DNA of 64,000 bases from Clostridia bacterium (GTDB lineage: Bacteria; Bacillota; Clostridia; Oscillospirales; Acutalibacteraceae). Below are positions 41,441-49,458 of the stretch, one piece after another. Position numbers and translations under genes: made by a program. The DNA lies in the NCBI GenBank assembly GCA_022767925.1, contig JALENG010000033.1, forward strand, positions 16,300 to 80,299, read 5' to 3'. The stretch's first letter is position 1. Each line of letters starts with the position of its first letter. The notes under the pieces were generated by a model. That model did no database searches. It had not been told where the DNA came from and saw only the letters and a program-made list of their open reading frames with translations.

Positions 41441-42529
41441 ATGAAACATTCTCGCAGAAATCACTATTCATCGTATCAACAAAGGAGACGGATCCGCCAT
41501 GCTGTGATTCTCTCCACAGCTGCCATACTGGTAGCTCTGGTTGTGGCCGCTGTGTCGCTTGTTTTTCGCAATCGTTCTGCCCCGATTGAGGAGGAGAGTG
41601 CATCTTCTGCCGCTTCGTCTGTCTCGTCTGAATCCAGTGTATCTGAGTCCAGTGTGATGGAATCCGGGAACTCGCTTTCCTCTGTCTCCTCCGAGAGTTC
41701 CTCCTCTCAAAGTTCCCAAGAGAGCAGTACCGGTCCTTCGTCAGAATCCTCCGTCCAACCGTCCGGAAATGATCTGCGCATCACCGACCGGCCTAAAATG
41801 AGCGTACTGGGGGATGAGGAAAAAGTTATTTACCTGACCTTTGACGATGGTCCCTGTGATACTACCCGTGAGCTGCTGGCACTGCTGGCCCAATATGATG
41901 CAAAGGCTACTTTCTTCGTTTGCTGCCAGACAGCCAATCAGGAAAAATATATCGATACCCTGAAGGACTGCTCTGACCAGGGGCATGCCGTAGCCGTTCA
42001 CACCTATTCCCACAAAATGGATGAAGTTTATTCCTCTCCGGAAGCCTATTACCAGGATTTCCTCAAAATGTATAATCTCATCGAGGAGGTAACCGGAAAA
42101 AAACCGGCCAACTTTTTCCGTTTTCCGGGCGGAAGTAAAAACAGTTATAACGAGCGTTCCCGGAAAGCGATTGTTGAAGAAATGGTGGGGCGTGGCTTTA
42201 TCTATTATGACTGGGATGGAGATTCGGGCGATGCTTCCGGAAACCATGTCCCCGCCGAAACCATCTATCAAAATGTGATGACCTCTATCCATAAGGGCTG
42301 CAATCTCATTCTTCTGCACAATACTTTTGGAAAAGAAACAACTATTGAGGCCCTGCGCCGGATTCTCCCGGAAGCAAAGGCAGAGGGGTACACCTTCAAG
42401 GCTCTCGATGGCACGCTGGATCCCACGCATTACTATATTTTTACCGCAGATCTCTTTATTGATGCGGCACTGGACAATTCGGATCTGCAGCTGAGCGACT
42501 GGAGAATGGCAAAACTGGAAAACCAGTGA
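41441..42529 (+). CDS. polysaccharide deacetylase (NodB homology) with TM anchor and Ser-rich linker
   Basis: YLTFDDGP and HTYSH motifs. N-terminal TM segment, then about 65 aa of Ser/Glu-rich sequence. Confidence 0.85.
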   Translation: MKHSRRNHYSSYQQRRRIRHAVILSTAAILVALVVAAVSLVFRNRSAPIEEESASSAASSVSSESSVSESSVMESGNSLSSVSSESSSSQSSQESSTGPSSESSVQPSGNDLRITDRPKMSVLGDEEKVIYLTFDDGPCDTTRELLALLAQYDAKATFFVCCQTANQEKYIDTLKDCSDQGHAVAVHTYSHKMDEVYSSPEAYYQDFLKMYNLIEEVTGKKPANFFRFPGGSKNSYNERSRKAIVEEMVGRGFIYYDWDGDSGDASGNHVPAETIYQNVMTSIHKGCNLILLHNTFGKETTIEALRRILPEAKAEGYTFKALDGTLDPTHYYIFTADLFIDAALDNSDLQLSDWRMAKLENQ

Positions 42530-42591
42530 ACACCGTCCCATTGCGCCAGGTTCATGAAACAGGCAAAATTCTATCGCAAAATACACCAATC

Positions 42592-42641
42592 AAAAAGAAC
42601 CTGTATTCTCCCCATAAACGGAGGCATACAGGTTCTTTTTA
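42592..42641. terminator. bidirectional terminator between convergent genes
   Basis: AAAAGAACCTGTA ... TACAGGTTCTTTTT. Confidence 0.7.
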
Positions 42642-42670
42642 TTTGGGATCATTGGGAAAACAGAGAATTC

Positions 42671-43372
42671 TTATTCCTCATCGCTTTCCTTTGACTCGGG
42701 ATAAACAGAAGTGTAGGCCAGAATATCCATATCCCCATCGTAGACTTCCACATCAATCGGTGTTTTTTCCAGCCCGGCAAATTCATCGTACAGACACACC
42801 AGATTCCAAACAGCCTTGCAGATCACTTCATCGTTCCCACTGCCATAGGAGATGCTCTCGGCGTAAATGGTCAGAACGGTTAATTCTTCATTGATGGACA
42901 GGGAATAGACCGAATCAAAATCATCGTCATCATTCAGCTTTTCCACCGATTTCCGAACATTCGCCTTCAGATTTTTCAAAAAGACTTCGTAGTCACTTTT
43001 ATAAAACGTATACAGATACGTTTTATCCCCGGTTTTCTCCACGGAGATGGCCCCATATTTTTCGGCGTCTTCCTCTATTTCCGAAAATTCGGTGTCTCCA
43101 AAATAACTGACACTGACTTCCACCTGGACTTTTTCTTCCTCTGTCTGTGAAGAAAGGTCAGAAGAGGATTCCGAAGAGGATTCTTCTGAAGAATTTTCCT
43201 CCGGCAAGCTAGGAGAAGGATCCGGAGTGGGGGTGGGGGGGATACTCTCCACCTCTTCCGATTGTTCAGATAGAGAAGATTCCCCGGAGCTCTCCTCGGC
43301 ACTTTGGCAAGCGGTAAAAATCAGCATAGAACTCAGCAGCAACGCAAAGAATAATGCAAATCGTTGTTTCAT
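42671..43372 (-). CDS. hypothetical lipoprotein with Ser/Glu/Pro-rich linker
   Basis: Signal peptide and lipobox (LLLSSMLIFTAC) when started at ATG 43372. No family recognised. Confidence 0.6.
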   Translation of the reverse strand: MKQRFALFFALLLSSMLIFTACQSAEESSGESSLSEQSEEVESIPPTPTPDPSPSLPEENSSEESSSESSSDLSSQTEEEKVQVEVSVSYFGDTEFSEIEEDAEKYGAISVEKTGDKTYLYTFYKSDYEVFLKNLKANVRKSVEKLNDDDDFDSVYSLSINEELTVLTIYAESISYGSGNDEVICKAVWNLVCLYDEFAGLEKTPIDVEVYDGDMDILAYTSVYPESKESDEE

Positions 43373-43559
43373 AAATGGTAATTCACTCTCCTCTTTCAAA
43401 ACAAAATGGGGAAGGGCACATCTTTTTGCGGCCATATCTATATACTGAGTATACCGCAAACGGCAAAAATGGGCAAGTTTTTTTCAAAATCGCTATGGTA
43501 AACAACAGGAAAATCATGTATACTGAGAAATATAAGCGAGAAAAAGGGAGAAGTTTCAA

Positions 43560-44369
43560 ATGTATGGTGCTATTTTGGGGGATATTGCCGGCTCACGCTT
43601 TGAATTCAGTCACCCGCAGGGATTTTGCGCCAAAAAAGAAGTTCTTTTTGCCCCTTCCAGCCGCTATACAGATGATACGGTTATGACTATTGCAACCAAA
43701 TACGCTGTGCTGACCGGTACTTCGTATGCAAAAGCCTATGGCTCTTTTGGACGCCGCTATAAAAAAGCGGGATACGGCCCTTTATTCCTGACATGGCTTG
43801 ATAACCGCAGCGAGAAGGGTTATAACAGCTACGGAAACGGGGCCGCCATGCGTGTCAGTTTTTTGGGACACTACTATAACAGCCTGAGGGAAGTGGAAAG
43901 GGAAGCAAAGAAAAGTGCAGAATGCACCCATAACCATCCGGAGGGAATTAAAGGGGCTGTCTGCGTGGCCGGTTGCGTGTTTCTGGCCGAACACGGGGCA
44001 ACAAAAAAACAAATTCTGCACTATGCAAAAGAATTTGGATATCATAAATTGTACCCTTTATGGGTACGGCGACCTTTTGAAAAATTCGATCTGACCTGTC
44101 AGCACTCAGTTCCTCTTGCACTGCGCTGCTTTCTGGAGAGCAACAGCTGGGAGGAATGCATCCGCAATGTGTACAGCGTCCACTGTGATACCGATACTAT
44201 AGCAGCTATTGCCGGTGGAATTGCCGACTCTTTTTTCCACGGCACTGGTTTTGAAGAAGAACGCCTGCTCCGCCATTATTTAGTGAAACCCACCGCCCAG
44301 GGAACCACTGATACTTTTTTGTATGATTGGGCCGTAAAGGAATGGAGGAATCCGACTTATGATCGTTGA
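43560..44369 (+). CDS. ADP-ribosylglycohydrolase family protein
   Basis: GDIAGSRFEF, YTDDTVMT and CDTDTIAAIAGGIA metal-site motifs are all present. 269 aa. Confidence 0.85.
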   Translation: MYGAILGDIAGSRFEFSHPQGFCAKKEVLFAPSSRYTDDTVMTIATKYAVLTGTSYAKAYGSFGRRYKKAGYGPLFLTWLDNRSEKGYNSYGNGAAMRVSFLGHYYNSLREVEREAKKSAECTHNHPEGIKGAVCVAGCVFLAEHGATKKQILHYAKEFGYHKLYPLWVRRPFEKFDLTCQHSVPLALRCFLESNSWEECIRNVYSVHCDTDTIAAIAGGIADSFFHGTGFEEERLLRHYLVKPTAQGTTDTFLYDWAVKEWRNPTYDR

Positions 44370-44871
44370 AACATATCAGTCCCCGGTTGTCAAAAAGACA
44401 CTGGATGAAGGGAAAACCTATTACGCTTTGCCGAGCATCAATCTGGATAAAGCCTACCGCTGTTTAATTGATATGCTTCATCTGGACTGCCAATGCCCGA
44501 TTTTCGGCGTTCTTCGCGGATACAAGCAATGCACAAATGGGGCAGGGACCAGCAGCATTAAGCTGATTCTGGATGTGCCGGATGAAGAAATCCACCTCAC
44601 CGAATATGATGATTGGGCCGAGTTTCTGCACAATATGAAATATATCAATCCGGTGAATTACCGCTCGGTAAATCCCACGTATCTGGAATCACTGCCGCAA
44701 AAGCATCTGGATGAAATTATCGAATCGCTGACAACTCCCCGGCCTCCGAAAAAATATAAAATTCCACAGGTTGTGCTTGAGCGAATTGATCCTGCTTGGG
44801 TGATCGGTTCAGAAGTACCCGCCGCCGATAATTCATTAGTGGATAAAATCAAGGACCTTTTTCAGCGATAA
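44359..44871 (+). CDS. hypothetical protein, translationally coupled to the ADP-ribosylglycohydrolase (possibly DUF3841-like)
   Basis: 170 aa. Its ATG lies inside the last codons of the ARH gene (11-nt overlap), with GGAGG 10 nt upstream. The block LILDVPDEEIHLTEYDDWAEFL resembles DUF3841 from memory only. Confidence 0.6.
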   Translation: MIVETYQSPVVKKTLDEGKTYYALPSINLDKAYRCLIDMLHLDCQCPIFGVLRGYKQCTNGAGTSSIKLILDVPDEEIHLTEYDDWAEFLHNMKYINPVNYRSVNPTYLESLPQKHLDEIIESLTTPRPPKKYKIPQVVLERIDPAWVIGSEVPAADNSLVDKIKDLFQR

Positions 44872-44883
44872 ATTAATAGAAGT

Positions 44884-44920
44884 AAAAAGCAGGATTTTCC
44901 ATAGAGAATCCTGCTTTTTC
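44884..44920. terminator. bidirectional terminator
   Basis: AGCAGGATT / AATCCTGCT stem, flanked by AAAAA and TTTTT. Confidence 0.75.
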
Positions 44921-44942
44921 ATTTGGGCATCCATTTTTGGTA

Positions 44943-45953
44943 TTATGATTTTTTCTTTTTGACAGAAAAATTTGCCAGCGGATTGGAATTTGCCGCCTTT
45001 TTCATTTGATCATCGGACAAGTGGGTATAGATTTCTGTCGTTCCAAGATTTTCATGCCCCAAAATGTCTTTCAGCACACGAATATCCACATTCCCGTGCT
45101 GATACATCAGGGTGGCCGCCGTATGCCGCAGTTTGTGTACCGAGTATCCGGCGGACATCTCGATCCGATCCAGATATTTTTTCACAATGTATTGCACGGT
45201 TTTGGGGCTGATCCGCTTTTTCAAACGGCTCAAAAACAGGGCGTCTTTGTCCTGCACTCCATCTTTGGGACGGACGGCAATATACTGATCAATTGCGTCT
45301 AAACAGGCCTGATTCAGGTAGACAATCCGTTCTTTGTTTCCTTTTCCAAGAATACGGACGGTCTGACTGTGATGGCGGATATCCGAGAGATTGATGCCTA
45401 CCAGTTCCGATAACCGCATGCCACAGTTTAAAAATAAAGTTAAAATACATCGGTCACGCTCGGCATCCGGGCCATCCACCGATTGGATCAGCTCCATACT
45501 TTGCTCTAATGTCAGGTATTTGGGAAGGGATTTTGCCCGCTTGGGTGATTCGAGGGCTTCCAAGGGATTGGCCTGCAAAAGACCCTTCTGATCGGTCAAA
45601 AATTGATAGAAACGCCGCAAACTGGAAGTTTTCCGCAGCCGTGTATTGGCCGTATTTTGGCGATCAATGACAAGATAATTCATATAAGACAAAACCGTTT
45701 GAAAATCGACCGCCAATACCTGATCGTTGGATACCGCAGCGGCATCAATTTCCTCAAACGGAAGATCGGATGGCACATCATGCAGACATTCTTTGCGATA
45801 ATAGCGAAAAAAGGTGCGCAAATCCACGCCGTATTCCCAAACCGTTTTCGGCGAGCGGCCGCGTACGGTAAGCTGGTACTGCAAAAATTCCGCCGCCAAA
45901 GCGGGAATTTGTAGAAGTATATTTCGGTCAAATGTACGAAGATCTGTAGGCAT
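44943..45953 (-). CDS. tyrosine recombinase (XerC/XerD-like integrase family)
   Basis: C-terminal catalytic region with HKLRHTAAT and LGHENLGTTEIYTH. N-terminal SAM-like core-binding domain. 336 aa. Confidence 0.88.
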   Translation of the reverse strand: MPTDLRTFDRNILLQIPALAAEFLQYQLTVRGRSPKTVWEYGVDLRTFFRYYRKECLHDVPSDLPFEEIDAAAVSNDQVLAVDFQTVLSYMNYLVIDRQNTANTRLRKTSSLRRFYQFLTDQKGLLQANPLEALESPKRAKSLPKYLTLEQSMELIQSVDGPDAERDRCILTLFLNCGMRLSELVGINLSDIRHHSQTVRILGKGNKERIVYLNQACLDAIDQYIAVRPKDGVQDKDALFLSRLKKRISPKTVQYIVKKYLDRIEMSAGYSVHKLRHTAATLMYQHGNVDIRVLKDILGHENLGTTEIYTHLSDDQMKKAANSNPLANFSVKKKKS

Positions 45954-46041
45954 ATTGGAAATTCATCCGAATAGCCGGCCGGTCGTAAACTGTGCGGCAA
46001 AACCCGATAATCCATTTAGTCAAATGTTTCCATACGGGTGT

Positions 46042-46059
46042 ATTATCACAATTATCACA
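46042..46059. repeat. tandem 9-nt repeat ATTATCACA x2
   Basis: Exact duplication. The minus strand reads TGTGATAAT twice (extended -10-like), about 90-105 nt upstream of the recombinase ATG. Confidence 0.7.
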
Positions 46060-46097
46060 TAGGATGCAGATCCAGCCGAATTCGTTTTTCCTCCCTC

Positions 46098-46133
46098 CTG
46101 AATTATACAAAATTTTAATTTTGTATAATTCAG
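46098..46133. repeat. 36-bp near-perfect palindrome upstream of the recombinase gene
   Basis: CTGAATTATACAAAATTTTAATTTTGTATAATTCAG. 17-bp arms with one central mismatch. Confidence 0.85.
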
Positions 46134-46274
46134 TATATCAAAAACCGGGAGCGAAGTCAATCCTCTCTCCCGATTATTCTATTTGGCTTATGGGCAGTAG
46201 CTGGATCGGCCACAATAAACCTGGCATAGACAAAAATGCAGATCTACTTTTTATGGGCCCGGTAAAATTGGGAT

Positions 46275-46907
46275 TTAGGCTTTTATGGCAAACCGTAACC
46301 ACGAAATGATATTCTCGTTATTACCCTTTTTCAGTATCCAGTTTACTACATCCAGTTTGGACGACACTTTGGCTGTCATCGCAGGATTCAATTTCTCAAG
46401 CAGCTCCACCATTTCCACCTGGGACTCTTTTCGTATTTTTTTGAGCAATTCTGTATCCTTCAGTTTTCTTTCGGCTTCTTCTCTGGGATATCCCTGCCCA
46501 AAAGGTTCAGAAAACAGCGCTTGAATGGTTGCTTTGCAATTTTCGGTTCCCTTCCAGGTATAATCTTCTCCCAAGGGCAATGAAATCGCATTGCCGTTAT
46601 TGATCTGCGCAAACAGATAAGCATCTCGGGGTGACGGTGCATATCCACAGATAACCCCCGGCATGCTGTTGCAGGCAAGCATCATCCCCTGGCCTGAGGA
46701 ACACCCGGTAATAACAAAATCAATGGATCCGCTTGCCAGCAAAAGACCTATGGCAACAGATATTTCCATGTATGAATAATTAACTTGCTCATTTAAGTAG
46801 CAGCCAAAATTTATAACCTCATGTCCTTTGGCACATTCGCACGTTGTTTCATACAGAAGGTGATTCTTCTCCTTTTGGGAACTTGCCTGTATAATTCCGA
46901 TTCTCAT
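46275..46907 (-). CDS. RpiB/LacA/LacB family sugar-phosphate isomerase (long form)
   Basis: ITGCSSGQGMMLACNSMPGVICGY parallels the RpiB active-site loop. GGAGG precedes the ATG. Confidence 0.65.
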   Translation of the reverse strand: MRIGIIQASSQKEKNHLLYETTCECAKGHEVINFGCYLNEQVNYSYMEISVAIGLLLASGSIDFVITGCSSGQGMMLACNSMPGVICGYAPSPRDAYLFAQINNGNAISLPLGEDYTWKGTENCKATIQALFSEPFGQGYPREEAERKLKDTELLKKIRKESQVEMVELLEKLNPAMTAKVSSKLDVVNWILKKGNNENIISWLRFAIKA

Positions 46908-47140
46908 TTTTTCCTCCAGGCGTAAATTATGCGCTGCCGAACTGTGCCAAAATTATAGCATACCGGGAAAGCGGTTTCAAATCTCTTTCGATGATTTTCT
47001 AAAAAGGAATCCCGGCTGGCAGCTTTAAAGCCAGGAAACTGCCAAGAATCCGGGTCTTCGGTATTCTTGACAGCTTCCCGCTCTCAGCACTTTTCGATGA
47101 CCAAAAGGGACTTTTATTCTCCCGCTTTTTTGACTAACGA

Positions 47141-47174
47141 TTCTGTGGGCTTCTATTCTGTTCTGTGGGCTTCT
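47141..47174. repeat. direct repeat TTCTGTGGGCTTCT x2 at exactly 20-nt spacing
   Basis: Copies at 47141-47154 and 47161-47174, in the 305-nt gap upstream of the RpiB-like gene. Confidence 0.75.
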
Positions 47175-47212
47175 GTAGTGAAATTTCCCTTAACAAACGC
47201 TCTCCTGATGCG

Positions 47213-48394
47213 TTATTCCTGGCGCAGTGCATCCACCGGGCGCATATCCGCGGCCCGTTTTGCCGGCCATAGACTGAACAATACGGCACTTATAATGGAC
47301 AGGAAAACCGCACTGATCACAATTTCCGTGCGGATGTGCACGGTAATCCCAAAGGAAACCGCCAGAATTCCGCACACTAAAAGTCCCACGGCAATTCCTG
47401 CAGCGGATCCCACTCCGGAGAGCAGCAGCGCTTCTGATAAAAAGTCCAGCATGATCCGGCCTTTTCCTGCTCCCAAGGCCTTTTTAATTCCAATTTCCTG
47501 TTTCCGCTCCTGAATGGAGATAAACATGATCGTCATAATGCTCAACGAGGCTACCAGCAGAGAAATTCCGCCCACCGCACTAAAAACCAGCGTACATAGG
47601 TTCAGAATATTTTTTAAAGATTCTTTTTGTCCCGCCAGATTCCCCGCACTGTATCCATCCACTCCAACGACCCGGTTCAATTCCTCTACCACTTCTTCTC
47701 CGATCCAATCAGCCGAAACACCGTCTTCCGTTTTGACGGCAATCTGATCAAAATTGGAACGTCCGCTGTACAGCTGCATGGTCGTATACGGAAGATAGAT
47801 AAAACTGGGAATATAGCCGCTTAACAGATTTTGCAGCAGACCGGTTCCCGTTTTTACCACTCCCGCCACAGTAAACGTGTACGATTCATTCCCAATCTCT
47901 ATTTGAAGCTGTTTTCCCACCGAATCAATGGTATCGAAGGCCTGCTTGGATAATGACTCGTCGATCAGGCAGACATCGCGGTACTGCATACAGTCACTGG
48001 CATTGAATACCCGGCCGGCCACAATCTGCAGCGAAATGATATGATCTGCACGGTAGCTGACCCCCCACAGCATCGACTCACATTCCACATCCCCGGCCGC
48101 TACTTCTCCCGTCTGCATAAGGACCGGAGAAGTGTCGGCCACCCCTTCCATGGAATTGATCCGGAAGAGTTCTTCCTCGCCCAGGGGATCAAAACGGGTG
48201 TCTTCCGATGTGATCATCAGGCTGCTCAGTCCCAGGCTCTCCATTTCATTGCCCAGCATATCAGTTCCATACTGGGAGATGACGCCAATCAGAATCACCG
48301 AAGCGACACCGATCAGAATTCCCAGCATGGTGAGAAAAGAGCGGAGTGGTTTTCGAAAAAGCACACGAATGGCTTCTCCCATCGAATCAATCAT
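47213..48394 (-). CDS. ABC transporter permease, FtsX/MacB-type
   Basis: 393 aa. N-terminal TM segment, large extracytoplasmic domain, C-terminal FtsX TM bundle (IGIKKALGAGKGRI). Confidence 0.85.
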   Translation of the reverse strand: MIDSMGEAIRVLFRKPLRSFLTMLGILIGVASVILIGVISQYGTDMLGNEMESLGLSSLMITSEDTRFDPLGEEELFRINSMEGVADTSPVLMQTGEVAAGDVECESMLWGVSYRADHIISLQIVAGRVFNASDCMQYRDVCLIDESLSKQAFDTIDSVGKQLQIEIGNESYTFTVAGVVKTGTGLLQNLLSGYIPSFIYLPYTTMQLYSGRSNFDQIAVKTEDGVSADWIGEEVVEELNRVVGVDGYSAGNLAGQKESLKNILNLCTLVFSAVGGISLLVASLSIMTIMFISIQERKQEIGIKKALGAGKGRIMLDFLSEALLLSGVGSAAGIAVGLLVCGILAVSFGITVHIRTEIVISAVFLSIISAVLFSLWPAKRAADMRPVDALRQE

Positions 48395-49395
48395 GCCGTT
48401 GTCTTCTCCTCTTTTACGCAGTACACCGGGGAACCGGACCGACAGTTTTCCGGCTCTAAAATGATCCGTTCCCCGTCCAGCAATCCGCCGGTAATCTCCA
48501 TTCCCTCTTTGTACTCCTCTCCCGTTTCCACATCTCTGCGAACGGCTGTCTGATTGTTCTCGGCGACGAAGACATACGAAGTTCCCTCCTCATCCTGACA
48601 GAGCGCCTCCATCGGAATGACCAGGCAATTCTCCTTTTCTGCCGTTATAATCTCTGCACGGGCACCGTATCCGGGTTTCAGCACCTGATCAGGGTCCTCC
48701 GGTATCAATATGACCTCGAATACCGAGTCTTTTCCGGCCGTAGAGGCCTGTGTAACGGCACTCGAGCTGATACGGGAGACATTGGCCGATAGTGTGGTAT
48801 CACGAAATGCCTCTCCGGACAGCAGCGCATACTGTCCGCAGAATACCGCGGCTATCTTTTTCTCACTGATGGAAACACGCACTACCAGATTCTCATTATC
48901 GGCAAGTGAGCAGACCTTCTCCCCTTCGTTCAGGATATCACTCTCCTCTGCACAGACGTCTGTCACCGTGCCGTTCATCGGGGACAGAATGGTGGTGCGC
49001 TCTTCCAGGGCCATGAATTTATACCAGGTTTGGCTTTTATCCAGATGAATCCTTCCGGCTGTCATCAGGGCAGAACGCAGGGTATCCCCGTAATCCCCCA
49101 TTTCGGCGATCCTGTCCTCTCCCACCATCACAACCTGGCAAAGGGGTTCCCCCTTTGCCACCTCATCCCCCTTTTCCACATACCATTTCTCAATCCACAG
49201 GATTTCTTCCGCTTTGACCGTCTCTGATCCATTTCTCTCCACCTCACCCATACAGTATACCGTTTGGTGTGCGGTCTGTGGATGAAGCACCATCGTTTTC
49301 ACTTCCGGAATCGAGGATGAATACCAATATCCGCCAGCCATGATCCCCAAAATTACAAGCACCGTGCCCAAAAGTAAAACACCATATTTTTTCAT
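48391..49395 (-). CDS. HlyD-family periplasmic adaptor / membrane fusion protein
   Basis: 334 aa. Signal anchor plus barrel-sandwich hybrid and beta-barrel regions. ATGA overlap with the permease. Confidence 0.8.
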   Translation of the reverse strand: MKKYGVLLLGTVLVILGIMAGGYWYSSSIPEVKTMVLHPQTAHQTVYCMGEVERNGSETVKAEEILWIEKWYVEKGDEVAKGEPLCQVVMVGEDRIAEMGDYGDTLRSALMTAGRIHLDKSQTWYKFMALEERTTILSPMNGTVTDVCAEESDILNEGEKVCSLADNENLVVRVSISEKKIAAVFCGQYALLSGEAFRDTTLSANVSRISSSAVTQASTAGKDSVFEVILIPEDPDQVLKPGYGARAEIITAEKENCLVIPMEALCQDEEGTSYVFVAENNQTAVRRDVETGEEYKEGMEITGGLLDGERIILEPENCRSGSPVYCVKEEKTTA

Positions 49396-49458
49396 CGATC
49401 TCTCCTCCTGCCTTTCTATTGTGGCAGAAGAACCGGAAAAAATACGGTGTTTTTTCTT

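Noticed and set aside
41582-41786. Repetitive TCx/GAx-rich DNA as a possible tandem repeat or CRISPR-like array.
   Set aside because: It is in-frame coding sequence for a Ser-rich linker, with no constant repeat unit or spacer structure. No CRISPR array exists in the window.
44943-45953. Calling the recombinase plus neighbours a prophage or integrative mobile element.
   Set aside because: There are no phage, conjugation or excisionase genes, no adjacent tRNA target, and no flanking direct repeats found by eye. Only the compositional shift and the palindrome are reported.
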